A stretch of 64,000 nt of DNA, from assembly GCA_024614665.1 (NCBI GenBank), contig GCA_024614665.1_4861.1; one strand, given 5' to 3'. Below are positions 37,398 through 49,600 of the stretch, one piece after another; within the stretch, counting starts at the first letter, position 1; each line of letters starts with the position of its first letter. The notes below the pieces were generated by a model. It saw only the letters and a program-made list of their open reading frames with translations. It made no database searches and had not been told where the DNA came from. Source of the stretch: a phage. A program made the position numbers and the translations under genes.

Positions 37398-38650
37398 CTT
37401 GCTTTGTAGCGATGCATTTCAACAAACGGCTTACCCCAAGCCCCGAAAGGCCCGACGATTGCCTGCGCGTCGTTTACCAAATTCTGGTTATACCAACGTG
37501 CGTTCCCCAACAAAAAGTTTTCCCGGTCGAAGAATGTGGTATTGAAAACCCACTCCCCTTCTTCCCAGGTCGGCCAGTACCCTACACATTTACCAATACG
37601 GTTAAAGATAGGACCTAGCGTTTTCTTCCCATCTGGGTCAGTTGGGTCTTTTAAATAGAACCGGCCCCAGATAGCGTTGTGGCTTATTCCGTGAATCTCT
37701 TTTTCGAGATACGGGTTGTCTATCGTAAAGATAAACGAGGATTCGTGCGTCAGCAACGCTTTTAACGTTTCTGAGTTACGAATACGTTGAACGGACGTAG
37801 GCGTACTTAAATCACCTACACCGATGGCGTCCCAATCGTAATAGCGACGGGTTTCCAATACAATCTTCGCCACGCTAAGGTTTGGCAGACTCAGCATAAT
37901 CGCACGGTCGCTGAAATAGCCCTGCGGTGGCAACCAATGCAGAATACCCCCGATGACGAACCCAACGGTTTTCCCTGTAATGGAATCGGGTAAGGTCAAC
38001 ATTAACGAAGAATAGTAATCTCGCGTAGTATCGAGTTTGTTCATCGTTAAACCGGATATGGGGTAGGTCTTTACTTTACCGATGTTTGCCATCACCAGAC
38101 AGCCGATGTCAGGTGTATTGGCACGCCGCACGATGTTACCAGCGCCAGTTAAGCGAACACCCACTGGGTCAGATTGGTGAGGTACCCATTGACCGTTGAT
38201 GTTGTACAGTACCCCGGTACGGTATTTCTCTTTCCACTCATCGTCGCAGACTACAACAACGTCATGTGCATCATCAGGATTGAAGTCCTGAGTGTAATGG
38301 TACCCAGGAGGGCATAGGTGCGTTTCTACGGGCACATCTGCATTAATAGACTGGTAGTGTGCCTCAACGAATTCGAGCTTCGGTAGGCCCTTCCCAAGCG
38401 TTGGAATCGCGATTCCTGACTTGGTGTTTAACCAATCTTGCAACGTGTCCGTACGGTTTTGTAAATCTGCCAGGTGATACTGGCTATAGAAGGTATATTC
38501 AGCACCTAGTGCTTCTAGTCCTACTTCGAAAAAGTGGTAGTTAGCACAAAGGGTATTTAAGGGCTGCGTGACATCGATGGTTCCCCAAGTTCGGGTGTCT
38601 CGAGAGAAGCCAAAAGCGCTGTCGGCCCGCACTTGATAAGCAGTAGTCAC
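37388..38650 (-). CDS. hypothetical protein (420 aa)
   Basis: Long minus-strand ORF between plus-strand structural genes. Confidence 0.5.
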   Translation of the reverse strand: MTTAYQVRADSAFGFSRDTRTWGTIDVTQPLNTLCANYHFFEVGLEALGAEYTFYSQYHLADLQNRTDTLQDWLNTKSGIAIPTLGKGLPKLEFVEAHYQSINADVPVETHLCPPGYHYTQDFNPDDAHDVVVVCDDEWKEKYRTGVLYNINGQWVPHQSDPVGVRLTGAGNIVRRANTPDIGCLVMANIGKVKTYPISGLTMNKLDTTRDYYSSLMLTLPDSITGKTVGFVIGGILHWLPPQGYFSDRAIMLSLPNLSVAKIVLETRRYYDWDAIGVGDLSTPTSVQRIRNSETLKALLTHESSFIFTIDNPYLEKEIHGISHNAIWGRFYLKDPTDPDGKKTLGPIFNRIGKCVGYWPTWEEGEWVFNTTFFDRENFLLGNARWYNQNLVNDAQAIVGPFGAWGKPFVEMHRYKARKK

Positions 38651-38717
38651 TGGCTGTTTCCTCTAAGGATTCGGGTCATAGTATGAACTCGACGCCCTCA
38701 GAGAAAAGGAGTGTAAA

Positions 38718-41700
38718 ATGGCTGTCGTCCCTGACCCGCACTATCAAGAACCGGGGAATATGCAGACCGGTGAAGCGGTAACGCCGATCGGTACTAAGTA
38801 CCGGATGCTGTTCCCCGCACACGCCCCCTTTTATACCACATCCCTGGTGGTCAAGAGTGGCGGCAAGAAATTAACATTAGGTGATGATTACGTCATCACC
38901 CATGCGTACGTTACGGGCATGGCCCGCACTGGTCATGTTTGTCACGGCGGCGTGTGGATTACCAACCCGAAATATCAGAGTGGCTTTACACTCGATTACC
39001 ATGCAATTGGTATCGGTGAAGCCACTGCAGAAATGATCGCCGCAGAACGAGAAGCGAATAAAGATCGCTATCCTGTAGACTGCCAATGGGATAACGTCAT
39101 TGGGGATTTATATTTCCCACCGGTCGATATTAAGTTCGACTGGGAAAACTGGCGTGGTGAATCCGAACTGATGGAAGCGATTGCCGAGATCGGACAGAAG
39201 ATCGCGACATTACCACCGATACCCGATCCGATGGCAAATAACACCGCAAAATACGTTGATAACGATTTAGTTGAACCGAACTTTACGTACGATAACGCCG
39301 GTGGCTTCGTTACTAATACGAACAAAGCTGACCAGTATAGCACCTTAGGGTCAAGGACGTATTCTCTTGGTGACTATAAGTTCCAGGCAACGTATACATT
39401 ACCAAGTTACTACTCGACAACCACTACGCCGTACTGGTGGTTCACGCTAATCGGGTACTGGGGATCGCCTTTCCGCAAGGCAACGCTTGAACTTGTTAAC
39501 GGTAACACTTTCCGCTTCCTAATTACCTACGACTCGTTTGACAAAAAAGAAACGTTCGTCTGGGCAACTTTGCCGGTTGGGATTGATTTCTTCAAGAAGC
39601 CTTTTACAGTTACCATTGACCGTAAACGTGCGGCCCGCACCATCGAATTGACTATTACGCAGGATTCGAAGGTCGTTTTACACTCGCTGATGGATATGAA
39701 TAATCCACCGGCAGAGTTTGCGACCAGGTTTACACAACTGGGTATTGCGTCGACGCTGGATCGCAATACGGACTTCCGTTTCCGTCACATCAGCAGCATC
39801 GGCGATAAAGTGTCTTTTAGGGCTCTTCCAGGCGCAGTCATTGAGGCCCCTGATGGCTCAGATGTACTATCGATACTCAAAAAGTATCACGCATTAGTTG
39901 ACCAACTGTACCGAGGCGCGCCAGCGCACGCGCACGTGCCGCGCAAGGATAACCCACATCGCGATTCGTGGGGTGCAATCCGTGCTTTGGAAAATAACGG
40001 TATTGCTTCGGACGCGACACTGGTATACGGAAAAACGCAACCGCAGCTGACAGATTACGTTAACAATCTGTTGCCGAAACTGTCAACGCTGGCGAATAAG
40101 CTTTTGCGTTTACCGGCGGCTGCACAGTCTATCAGCGGCACGTTCGGCATGAAGCCTGGCCTGACTTCGATAACGTCAGCAGTGGGTACCGATGAGTCTG
40201 AAGGCGTGGGTGCGCAATTCACGGTTGACCCGAGGGTTATCCGTTTTATTGGACGCGATTCGCAAACCGTTAACGCCGGGAACAACCCGATCACATGGCA
40301 AGGCGGTGCTAACCAACTCATCCTTTATCCGGATTCCCGTGGATTGGAGTTCAACGGTAAGAAACTGTTGGACCCTACTACGGTCGGGCCGTATTTGCCG
40401 GGTAACGAGTCAGGTGGCGATGGACTGTTTTACGGAACTTCCACAGCTACTGTAACCATTAACGGTAACGGTATTCAGTCTGTTCCGTTTATTTGTACCT
40501 TTGTTCCACCGGAGTCCGATGACCTTGGCCTGATGGCTGTCCGTTTGTTGGCTACTGAATTCGGCGATCGTGAGGACTTGGCCGCAACGCCGGCACTCAT
40601 CAAGAAATTGGATCAGCAGTTTACGGGCAAGTTGGTTGCCGTTAAATCGTACATCAACGACATGCCACTGACGAGTTCTATTTACATCGATAAAACTAAC
40701 TTTGGCTTATCGAACGTACAGAACGTCCCAGATGTACAATTGCCGATTTCCCCGCTCCAACAAGCTGAGCTGGACAAGTATGCAGTCGTCGGTCACAAAC
40801 ACACTTCTGCTGCGTTCGGGATTAAGCGTGCAACAACGACGGAGTTCGGTTTAGTACAGTTCGGCACCGCGGTTGACGATGCCACGCTGGCATTAGACGG
40901 CGGTGTGGTCATCCGACAGGCGGACGCCATCACAGAGATAGAGAAGGTTGCGAAGACGGTCGACTCTGGTGCTGCAATCGACATTATTCGTTACGGTTTA
41001 CCCGGCACAGATATCATTGAAAACGGCATCACTTACACCGACTGGATGGTTACTATTAAAGCGAACGATTATTTCGTTGGTCGCGAGTACAAAGTACCTC
41101 TTTCCACATTTAACTTGGCGGAGCTATTCCCAGCAACGCACGAGGATGCTGAGTTTGGCGTGTATGTTGACGTGGCAGGCAACGATGCTAAGTATATTAT
41201 CTACGAAAATCCAAATACGGCAGAAACTGAGACGATGACCAAAATAGGTTCCATCATCACCAGTGAAACCGGTGTGGTGTTTGTAGAAATCCGCAACGTG
41301 ACGCGTTTAGGTGAGTTCCGTGAATTAGGCGAGCATATCGAGGATGATAACGCCCATATTCGTCGGGGTATGACGCAAGCTGAATTCGGATTTACTTACG
41401 GTACGGGCGGGCCTGTGTGGTCCACGGGTGCACCGGGTACAAAACGTATAGATGCTGATTGGCGTTACGCGCAGGCTAACAGCTATACGCCTATGTTGGA
41501 AGCGGACTACGATCCGGCTGCTGACAAATGGACGTTTAAAACAACCAGTTTATCTGTAGCCGATTATCGTTTTGTCCACAACACATTCCCGATGTTCCAG
41601 AATAACGGCATTACCGCGACGTGGACACCTTTAACCGCAACAGCGGACAGTGTGCTAGAAACGGTAATTGGGTGTTGCCATCACTCGGCCACGTTCATGC

Positions 41701-42422
41701 ACCGTATTTCTGTACTCGTCGCACGCACCGCAGGGCGTATTACCACTCCAGGCGGCGTGAGCACGTATGCGGGAATCGCGGTTAACTACGGACGTGCTGC
41801 ACAGGTTGTTATTGGCCTGAATGGTGTCACTGGTTCTGGCCGAGACTGGACGGCACTTAATCCATCGGTGCGTTTCAGCCACACGCGAACAGCGGACGGT
41901 ATTTCGTTCGAGGGAACGATTAACATCGATTCCAAAACGATTAACTTTGAGTTGACGCTAACCGCGACAACAAAGACGCTGAAATACACCTTGCAGTCGA
42001 CCGGCGAGTCGTGGACTGAAGATTTGTCTACCCGTCTCCGTCCTGACTATATTGACTTGACGAAACTGATTACCGATCCGAGTACGCCGATTTATCACGG
42101 CATGGGTGGTTTGTTTAGTTCCGACACAGAAGTGCGTTTGACCTACGCTAACCTGAACACGATGCCGACAAAGAATCGTTATTACGCCACGTTCCTTGAT
42201 TATGCGATTAACTATTCCGGCTTAAACCGCGCAAGATTCTTTACTGGCGTGGTGGAAGCAGGTTCAACGATTAATGAGATGAACAGCGAGATGTGCAACT
42301 ATTCATACAGTTCGTTCCGACCAGTGGATACAGGTAAAATTCCGCCGGCGGCACACCCATCCAAGATGATGACGTTCAATCCGCAAAACACGTCAGGTCG
42401 AACACTTATTATTCGTGATTAA
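38718..42422 (+). CDS. large tail fibre / receptor-binding-like structural protein 1 (1234 aa)
   Basis: Very large ORF with AAAGGAG RBS; N-terminal domain shared with next three proteins (APFY...LGDDYVI...GVWITNPK); fibre role is inferred from size and arrangement. Confidence 0.55.
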   Translation: MAVVPDPHYQEPGNMQTGEAVTPIGTKYRMLFPAHAPFYTTSLVVKSGGKKLTLGDDYVITHAYVTGMARTGHVCHGGVWITNPKYQSGFTLDYHAIGIGEATAEMIAAEREANKDRYPVDCQWDNVIGDLYFPPVDIKFDWENWRGESELMEAIAEIGQKIATLPPIPDPMANNTAKYVDNDLVEPNFTYDNAGGFVTNTNKADQYSTLGSRTYSLGDYKFQATYTLPSYYSTTTTPYWWFTLIGYWGSPFRKATLELVNGNTFRFLITYDSFDKKETFVWATLPVGIDFFKKPFTVTIDRKRAARTIELTITQDSKVVLHSLMDMNNPPAEFATRFTQLGIASTLDRNTDFRFRHISSIGDKVSFRALPGAVIEAPDGSDVLSILKKYHALVDQLYRGAPAHAHVPRKDNPHRDSWGAIRALENNGIASDATLVYGKTQPQLTDYVNNLLPKLSTLANKLLRLPAAAQSISGTFGMKPGLTSITSAVGTDESEGVGAQFTVDPRVIRFIGRDSQTVNAGNNPITWQGGANQLILYPDSRGLEFNGKKLLDPTTVGPYLPGNESGGDGLFYGTSTATVTINGNGIQSVPFICTFVPPESDDLGLMAVRLLATEFGDREDLAATPALIKKLDQQFTGKLVAVKSYINDMPLTSSIYIDKTNFGLSNVQNVPDVQLPISPLQQAELDKYAVVGHKHTSAAFGIKRATTTEFGLVQFGTAVDDATLALDGGVVIRQADAITEIEKVAKTVDSGAAIDIIRYGLPGTDIIENGITYTDWMVTIKANDYFVGREYKVPLSTFNLAELFPATHEDAEFGVYVDVAGNDAKYIIYENPNTAETETMTKIGSIITSETGVVFVEIRNVTRLGEFRELGEHIEDDNAHIRRGMTQAEFGFTYGTGGPVWSTGAPGTKRIDADWRYAQANSYTPMLEADYDPAADKWTFKTTSLSVADYRFVHNTFPMFQNNGITATWTPLTATADSVLETVIGCCHHSATFMHRISVLVARTAGRITTPGGVSTYAGIAVNYGRAAQVVIGLNGVTGSGRDWTALNPSVRFSHTRTADGISFEGTINIDSKTINFELTLTATTKTLKYTLQSTGESWTEDLSTRLRPDYIDLTKLITDPSTPIYHGMGGLFSSDTEVRLTYANLNTMPTKNRYYATFLDYAINYSGLNRARFFTGVVEAGSTINEMNSEMCNYSYSSFRPVDTGKIPPAAHPSKMMTFNPQNTSGRTLIIRD

Positions 42423-42434
42423 GGAGATTTTTGA

Positions 42435-45400
42435 ATGAAAACGTATCCTTACGATCCTCGGGGTGTAAATCCCGAGTGTCACTTCATCGAGGAACGTATC
42501 ATCGACTCCGACAATCCTAACGATCGGGTGGTGATGCTAGATCATCGCCCGTTTTTCGAAGGATTGGTGGTAACGCTCGCCGGCTCGTCCATACCGCTTA
42601 CCCGCGGGACGGACTATGAGCTGGAGTATGCTTTAACACCGTTGGACGACTCGGTGACGACCCCGGTGTTCTGTGGGGTGCATCTTATTAACCCTAAACT
42701 GCGTGGTGCAGTGGTCTTTGAAGGCCAGATGCTCGGGGGTACGTTTTACAGTGGTCTGATTGAGATGTTGGATGAGCTAATTAAGGCTCTCAACAATCCA
42801 ACGGCTGCAGATTGGCTGCTTTTAGGTAATCGACCTTCCCTGTACCCAGCCACCCCTGCAGCGGTAGCTTGGTCAGACATGCTGAATAAAAAGTATGTTG
42901 CCTCTGCAGTGCATGATGTGGAGTTAGATGCCGGGGCGGCCAACGAGCAGATTCGTGAAAAGCTTACCGAGCTGAAAGATACGGTTCTGGCCTTAGGAAC
43001 TGAAATCGCCACATTTAACTACCCCGGACACATTGCGTCCACTAACCCTCATGGGACTACCGCGGCGCAGGCCGGTGCGCATCCTGTCAACCTGAAAACG
43101 CCAGATACTTTCCTGGCGTACGGAAAGACGTTGCGTCAGTTAACCAGCGAGGTCCGTGCACTGGGTCTGCAGCAATCGGATATCGACAAGTACATTTCTA
43201 AATGGGTATCGAAAGAATCCAAAGGGGTGTTTAATGCGACGATATCTGGTACTCGTGCCCTGTTCCGTTCTCCTGCTGGCGAATCTGAAATTGTGTTCTC
43301 TGCTGAGGCTTTCACTCTTAAATCTAATGGCTCTGTTGTGTTGGCGTGTGGGTATGCCGATACTACTGGAACCGTCCGGTTTATGGAGTGGAAAGCAGGC
43401 ATCAATACATTACGTATTGAGTCGACTGGCAGTGCCTTGGGGATGGATAAGCTGACGCTTAACGGAACAACGTTGCTGACCACCACCGCTCTCATGGGCT
43501 ATCAACAAGACCCTGGTGCCGGCGGTGGTACCGGCGGTGGTACCGTTGACCCGGATGACAATAAACTGTACATTAGCGGGGTGAACGGCATTACTTTCAC
43601 GGGTAAAGGGTCAAAAGCCGATCCCGTCGCCGGGAAGGTCACAGCCAAGCCAGCGACGACCTCTGAACCCGGCGTTGTGACGCTAACTGATAAGCCGAGC
43701 GATGTAGTCAAAGGACAAGCAGCCACCCCAGCTTCGCTCTTACCGTACGAGGGTGATCTGTCTTCGTACGTCAGGAAGACAACACTGCTGAATAACCAGC
43801 CGATGGACACTGGTAGCCGAACGCTAACGAAAAAGGATTTGGGTCTGGACTTGGCTGATAACACAGCTGACGTCGATAAACCACTTTCTGATTCGTTGGC
43901 AGAAGCAGTTACTGGTCTTAGTGATAAAGGCCACCATCACAACTTCGCCGATTTACAGATCCCAACGGCTTCTCAAACAGTTCCCGGTATCGCTCGATAT
44001 TCTACCAACCTAAATAGCTTGTCGGATAATCGCGGCGTTACCCCGAACGTACTGAACGATTTGTCAAAACGTTTAGACGTAGTTGCAGCTGCGCTAGCAA
44101 ACGCGAAAGAGGACACCGTGACCGATTTTGCCGCTGTGCGCGGTAAGACTTGGACTGTGGGGTCTTCACGTACCACCCTCGCCGTAACGGATTTGAATTA
44201 TTTCTATCTGTTAAATGGTGCACGTAAAGAGGGGACGGTATCCGGTTCGATAGACCTGCAAACCACGCCGATGTTCCAGTGGTTCTCTCCAGATAACCGT
44301 ATGGAAAGAACGTGGCAGAACGCGGTAATCAATACCGGTGCCGGTATTGATTTTAGTGGGTTTGAGGTTGCCGTCCCGGAAACGGACTACGGTGCCCAGA
44401 TTGGTTTAACGACAACCGGAATGGGTGATTTGTCGGTCGTTAACCTCTTGGCGAAAACGTGGGTTCGTTGCGACTCTGGTAAGCTGCGGATTTGGGTTCG
44501 TGGCGGTGGTGCTGTTTCTGTTTATCTAGACGGTGAAATTATCGCTGCGGGTATTACAGAAGCGGGGTATCTGGAGGCGACTGTCAAGGAGGGGTGGAAG
44601 CAACACTGCTTAGCATTCCGTGCCGAGTGTAACGATAGCGCTAAAGCAGCCGCAATTCGTTTCACAATTTACGACGGTGACTTTGCGGTTGGGGCCTCGG
44701 ATAAAAACACCAAAGTTGCCCGCCTGCAGGAGTTTGTTAAGACACCGAATGGTTTAAGGCATTACCTCTATGTGAACATGATAACCGATGCGTTATATTC
44801 GCGCGCCGAACCTATTGTGGACACGGATGGTATTAACCTGGAGCGCGGGTACATTGGTTACATTGATGTGCCCGAGACGGGATTGGTTGCAGGTACGACT
44901 TACGAGTTTGAAACGACGTTTGATTTTGGCATGGCGTCCGAACTTAAACGGCACTTCGAAACACGTCTGGCGCACGGAGTGAGTAATACCGACTGGTCGT
45001 TGACGGATAACCCGAAAATGCTGCCGTTGAATAAGGTTGATCCGTTACCTAAACAATGGCTGTACGCGTATCCAACTAACCCGTCAGTTTCTGGGGATAA
45101 CCTCGTTCGTTTAGATCGTGGGTTATTTGATTATAAATTCGTAAGTGCCACCTCGCTCACGATTCTTCTTGCGGCGGTTGTTTCCACTGAAAACGCGTCC
45201 CCGTATTGCTGGTTTACACCAAGCAACCCGAAAGAAAATGGAATGGCGACATTCGAGGGTTCGGTGGTAATCGACACTGATTATCCTGAAGTCCCAAAAA
45301 CCTCGGACGTCGAAGTTTCATTAAACTTCATGGCCCCTTCTGCTGATGGGAAAGGTAAAACCAGAGTTCTGCAGTGGAGTAATTCCAAGACCAGTTTAAA

Positions 45401-46577
45401 CTGTGGCTTTATTGCTGCGCCGTACGATAAACCAACCGGAAGAATTGCCAGCACACAATCCAGCGTTACTAATACGCTGGTTGATGCTCCTCGTGTAATC
45501 AAGAGCGTGGAAGTTCAGTCGCCTGACTGTTTAGACTATCTCCCGGTTTCAATCGCTAGCGAGTTCGCAGCCATTGGTTCACGCTGGCTTATTCGTTATC
45601 GCTATATTGTTGATACGCAGATACTGCGAATATCGACGATTAGTAAGATAGGTGGCCAGGCTTCGGCAACTGTTCGTGAGATAGAATACGACATTCCGTT
45701 TGACGCGATTGATTATTTTAAAGGTGGCGCTTTATCGATTAGTGTTACTGGCATCGAAACTGGTGAAGGCGTCACAATCAACCACGGTTTGATGGACCCC
45801 TCCACAACAGAAGTAGATTTAAATCGTTTCCATTATCTACGCTCATTATTTGAGTCGTATATTGAGCGTTCTCCAGACACCCAGTCTTCTGGGCATGAGG
45901 AGATGTCGATATCAACCGTCACGTTCGCGAACTTTGGAGATAACGTCGATAACCCGGTTACGGAATACATCACGTTGTCTGCTGCAGGCGAGGGTTATCC
46001 GGAACTTGCACCGAATGGTAAACTCCCTGCACCGTTTTACAAAGGACTGCAGAAACGTGGTGCTCCGCTACTTGAGTCGGCTCCTACAGACTATACGTCT
46101 AACGGTGGTGAATGGAAGTACGGCTTTATGCGGGCTTATCGCCCAACTCAAAATGAGCGTTTTGTGTCGGTAAATGGGACAATGCTCTCTAACTACCCTG
46201 GATACATCATCGTGGGTAGTGAGAAAATTCCGGGTAATGTTATACCTTTCAGTGCATCGACAACAGCTGTTCAGATATCTGGGACTCTTGCCCGCACGAA
46301 ACCGATGCAGCCAATTCACATCGTGTTCGTGCCTCCGGAAGGTTCTGTGCCGCCACTGCAAGCGAAGTTCACTATTAATGGTGTGGGCAGTAGTGGTAAT
46401 CCGTTGTTCGTGATTACTGAAACGACACCGGTGGAACTTCGCACAGGTGGCGAGACGGTCCTCATTGAGAAGCGTAATCCATTCCACATCCCCACCAGGA
46501 CATGGGATTGGATTTTACAAACGTTGGATACTGAACGTAGAAACGAAGGCAACAACTCGGGTGAGTGGGCCTCTTAG
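42435..46577 (+). CDS. large tail fibre / receptor-binding-like structural protein 2 (1380 aa)
   Basis: AAGGAG RBS; N-terminus RPFFEGLVV...GTDYELEYA...GVHLINPK; Gly-rich linker GGGTGGGT. Confidence 0.55.
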   Translation: MKTYPYDPRGVNPECHFIEERIIDSDNPNDRVVMLDHRPFFEGLVVTLAGSSIPLTRGTDYELEYALTPLDDSVTTPVFCGVHLINPKLRGAVVFEGQMLGGTFYSGLIEMLDELIKALNNPTAADWLLLGNRPSLYPATPAAVAWSDMLNKKYVASAVHDVELDAGAANEQIREKLTELKDTVLALGTEIATFNYPGHIASTNPHGTTAAQAGAHPVNLKTPDTFLAYGKTLRQLTSEVRALGLQQSDIDKYISKWVSKESKGVFNATISGTRALFRSPAGESEIVFSAEAFTLKSNGSVVLACGYADTTGTVRFMEWKAGINTLRIESTGSALGMDKLTLNGTTLLTTTALMGYQQDPGAGGGTGGGTVDPDDNKLYISGVNGITFTGKGSKADPVAGKVTAKPATTSEPGVVTLTDKPSDVVKGQAATPASLLPYEGDLSSYVRKTTLLNNQPMDTGSRTLTKKDLGLDLADNTADVDKPLSDSLAEAVTGLSDKGHHHNFADLQIPTASQTVPGIARYSTNLNSLSDNRGVTPNVLNDLSKRLDVVAAALANAKEDTVTDFAAVRGKTWTVGSSRTTLAVTDLNYFYLLNGARKEGTVSGSIDLQTTPMFQWFSPDNRMERTWQNAVINTGAGIDFSGFEVAVPETDYGAQIGLTTTGMGDLSVVNLLAKTWVRCDSGKLRIWVRGGGAVSVYLDGEIIAAGITEAGYLEATVKEGWKQHCLAFRAECNDSAKAAAIRFTIYDGDFAVGASDKNTKVARLQEFVKTPNGLRHYLYVNMITDALYSRAEPIVDTDGINLERGYIGYIDVPETGLVAGTTYEFETTFDFGMASELKRHFETRLAHGVSNTDWSLTDNPKMLPLNKVDPLPKQWLYAYPTNPSVSGDNLVRLDRGLFDYKFVSATSLTILLAAVVSTENASPYCWFTPSNPKENGMATFEGSVVIDTDYPEVPKTSDVEVSLNFMAPSADGKGKTRVLQWSNSKTSLNCGFIAAPYDKPTGRIASTQSSVTNTLVDAPRVIKSVEVQSPDCLDYLPVSIASEFAAIGSRWLIRYRYIVDTQILRISTISKIGGQASATVREIEYDIPFDAIDYFKGGALSISVTGIETGEGVTINHGLMDPSTTEVDLNRFHYLRSLFESYIERSPDTQSSGHEEMSISTVTFANFGDNVDNPVTEYITLSAAGEGYPELAPNGKLPAPFYKGLQKRGAPLLESAPTDYTSNGGEWKYGFMRAYRPTQNERFVSVNGTMLSNYPGYIIVGSEKIPGNVIPFSASTTAVQISGTLARTKPMQPIHIVFVPPEGSVPPLQAKFTINGVGSSGNPLFVITETTPVELRTGGETVLIEKRNPFHIPTRTWDWILQTLDTERRNEGNNSGEWAS

Positions 46578-46578
46578 G

Positions 46579-46652
46579 ACGGACTGCCTACGGGCGGGTA
46601 GTCCGTAGGTAAACCGCCCTTCCGTTATTGGGAGGGCGGTCTCCGTTTTATT
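46579..46652 (+). terminator. tandem hairpins + T-run between fibre genes (terminator/attenuator)
   Basis: acggact...agtccgt stem then accgccct/agggcggt stem followed by CTCCGTTTTATT. Confidence 0.4.
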
Positions 46653-46672
46653 ACAGATTAGGAGTGTTTGCA

Positions 46673-49600
46673 ATGCCGAGAGAAGATGCGGCGCAGTTTA
46701 ACGGTACGCTCAGTACCGCTACTTACCCGAACCGTTATTCGGCGGTCATTCCCGTCGAAGCACCGTTCTATCGCATCGGGTTAACGTTAACCGTTACCGA
46801 TAAAACAACCGGAACCAAACGCAAGTTAATAGAAGGTCTTGATTATTTCTTAGGACATTACTTCCAGGAATTAGCCGAGGCTGAGAACGATGCAATATAC
46901 GGCAGCATAATGCTGCTGAACGCCACAGAGGTAGAATACGAGTTGTTGTCGGTTGGTCGACAGTATCGCATCCCTGCTTCTGAAATCGGCAAGTATCTGG
47001 TTAAGACAGATATGAAAGACCCGCGTAACTGCGATTGGTCTGAGCTGATGAAATATCCGCCGATTATCTCGCCAATCGACCCGCCAAAAGACCTCGAAGA
47101 AGCGATTCTTCGCGATGAAATCGTAAAGGCGTTGGAAGATATCCGTCTGGGTATTTTAGAGCGCGCCCACGAGCTGGATGAGGCTTTTGCCGAAGTTACC
47201 GATTTGATTTATCAGAACGGTAAGCAGGTGTTTGAAGATGAGATGTATCAGCACCACCTGGTTAAAAACGCACACGGTTACACCTGCGGTGATATTGGCG
47301 CTCTCCCGGTACTCGGCAAAGCCGTAGATGCGACTAAGGCATTCGGACGTACCCTGGCAGAGCTAGTGACGTTAATGTCTACCAGCGGCATCCAACAGAA
47401 ACACGTTGACATGCTTCTGGATAATACCCTGGGTGATTTACTGGGCCGTATGCGTGTTCTGAATAACGACGCGATTACGTTCCAAACAACGTCTGGTCAC
47501 GTTATCAGCATGAAGGGTGAGAAGTTCATCATCACCTCGACAAAACCGCTGGTATTAAAAGCTGACCAGGATAACAACGAACCGGGTATCGCTACGGAGT
47601 TCAGTGCTGGTCTGAACACGCTTTGGGTTCACTCGGGTAAAGCAGGTGACAAGTGGGGCGATTATGATGCGGGTGTGCTTGCACCTGTGTATAATAGCGT
47701 GTATCTCGTTACACCGGATATGGTTAAGATGTACTTGACCTCGGTGAAGATACTTCCAGCAAACGCCTACTTCAAGTCCAGCGACACGTTGAAGATTTAT
47801 GGCTCTGGTAAAGAAACAAACAAAGTTTACATGAATGCGGAGCTGCCTGCAGCAACCACAACTGTGCAGGGTTTGTTTGCGATTACTAACCTTTCGGCGT
47901 CCGCTGCATCGTCCACAGCGATTTCCCAAAAAGCTGTTACTGACTTGAAGAACAAACTCGACGGATATGTGGACGACACGTATACGGTCAACGGCAAAGG
48001 GTTTGTGTTAGACGAAAACGGTCAAATGCATTTAACCTTAACCGCGTCGGATTTCGGTATTGAGAAGATGAACAATACCGGGCCGCTGGAGAAACCGGTT
48101 ACTAATGCGTTGCGCACCGTGCTATCAGGCAAGGCACTCTCAACACACACCCACACCATTGCTGATCTCGATGACGTGCCGTACGCATCCACATCTGTTA
48201 CAGGTTTGGCTAAACTGTGGGATGCTATTGACACCACAACAGATAAGATGGTTACTGCCCGCCAGGGTTTCTTGCTCGAACAGAAGATCGGTACACTGAA
48301 CGACAAGATTGCTACGTTGTTGCCAGCATGGACCGTTGGCGGATCGTCGTACGGTAACAATAACTTCTTGCCTATACCTGTCCAGGGGAACTACGAAGGG
48401 TACACCAAAAACCAAACTTGGCAAAAAGGACTGGCGCGTTACGAGGCTGGTAAGGTTTACTCGTTGCGTAATGGTTCCAACGGTAACGCCCCTGCTGACT
48501 GGGCTATCTATTACGCCTATGCTGATGTGTCGCCAAGCAATACGCTGGAAAATATGCAGCAGACGTCCGTACGTTATCACCCCGCTGGAATGTCGGCGTA
48601 TCCTGGGGTGAATCTGGTTGCTATTCTGATTACCGGTACAGATGCAATGATCTGCTTAGGCAGTGACGGTGCGTATTACCTGGTCATCTTTGACGGCACC
48701 ATTGACCATGCAAAACATCATCGTGTTGTTAAAGTTTACTTGGGCGATTACCGAAATGGTAACGCGGCCGGTGTGATTACAACCGCACCATGGGTTGCCG
48801 ATCCATCAACAAACGATTTGATCGTTTGCAACGATCGGGTTTATCTGCTCCGTACTGTGCTTACCTCCGGTGACTATTTCGTGAGTATGCGTAGCATCGC
48901 ACTCGACGAACTTAATCTGGGTGGTAGCAACACGTTTGTGGCGGATGTGTTAACGGGTGGGATGTTAACGTCGGGAGATAATATCTACTTGCGTCAGGGT
49001 CAGAAACGTTCTGATACAGATGTGTTGGTAGCGCCAGTAACACAAATCTACGCAGACGCATCGGCGAAGTGGAATAGTGCGCGAAATTTCGTCCATGGTC
49101 CGGAATGTAATCACGCGATTGCTGTGGATGGGCTGAACTTTCGTGTTGGTTTAACGCCAACAGTCTGGTTTGCTTCTACTACAGGGCAAACTATTAACTT
49201 TAAACAATGGGTGTCAAGCTTTGTTGTTGATTGCAGTTCAATGACGGTAACGCTGGAAGGGGCTGATCGATTCCCTATTGTGGCTGATCTTACCGCGGTT
49301 CGTTATAACGGTGGTGCTGAGATTGGGATTCCGAGCTGGAAGTGGGGCGAAGGTCAAGCTAATAACCGAACCTTTGCAACATCGCAAGACAAGTATATTG
49401 TTTCGCAAGGACTTTCAGGCGATCGCGACCTAATGCCTTATGTCAGGATTACAACGTTAGATGACGGTGTGAGTTGGTACGAGTACCTGTCGTGCGACTA
49501 CAACTTCACTGCCAGAAGTTTTAGTGCGGTAATGTTAAACCAAGGACGTGGTTCTATCTACGAGCTGGGTATGGCGTATCCGCTGACTCTGGGAGCGAAT

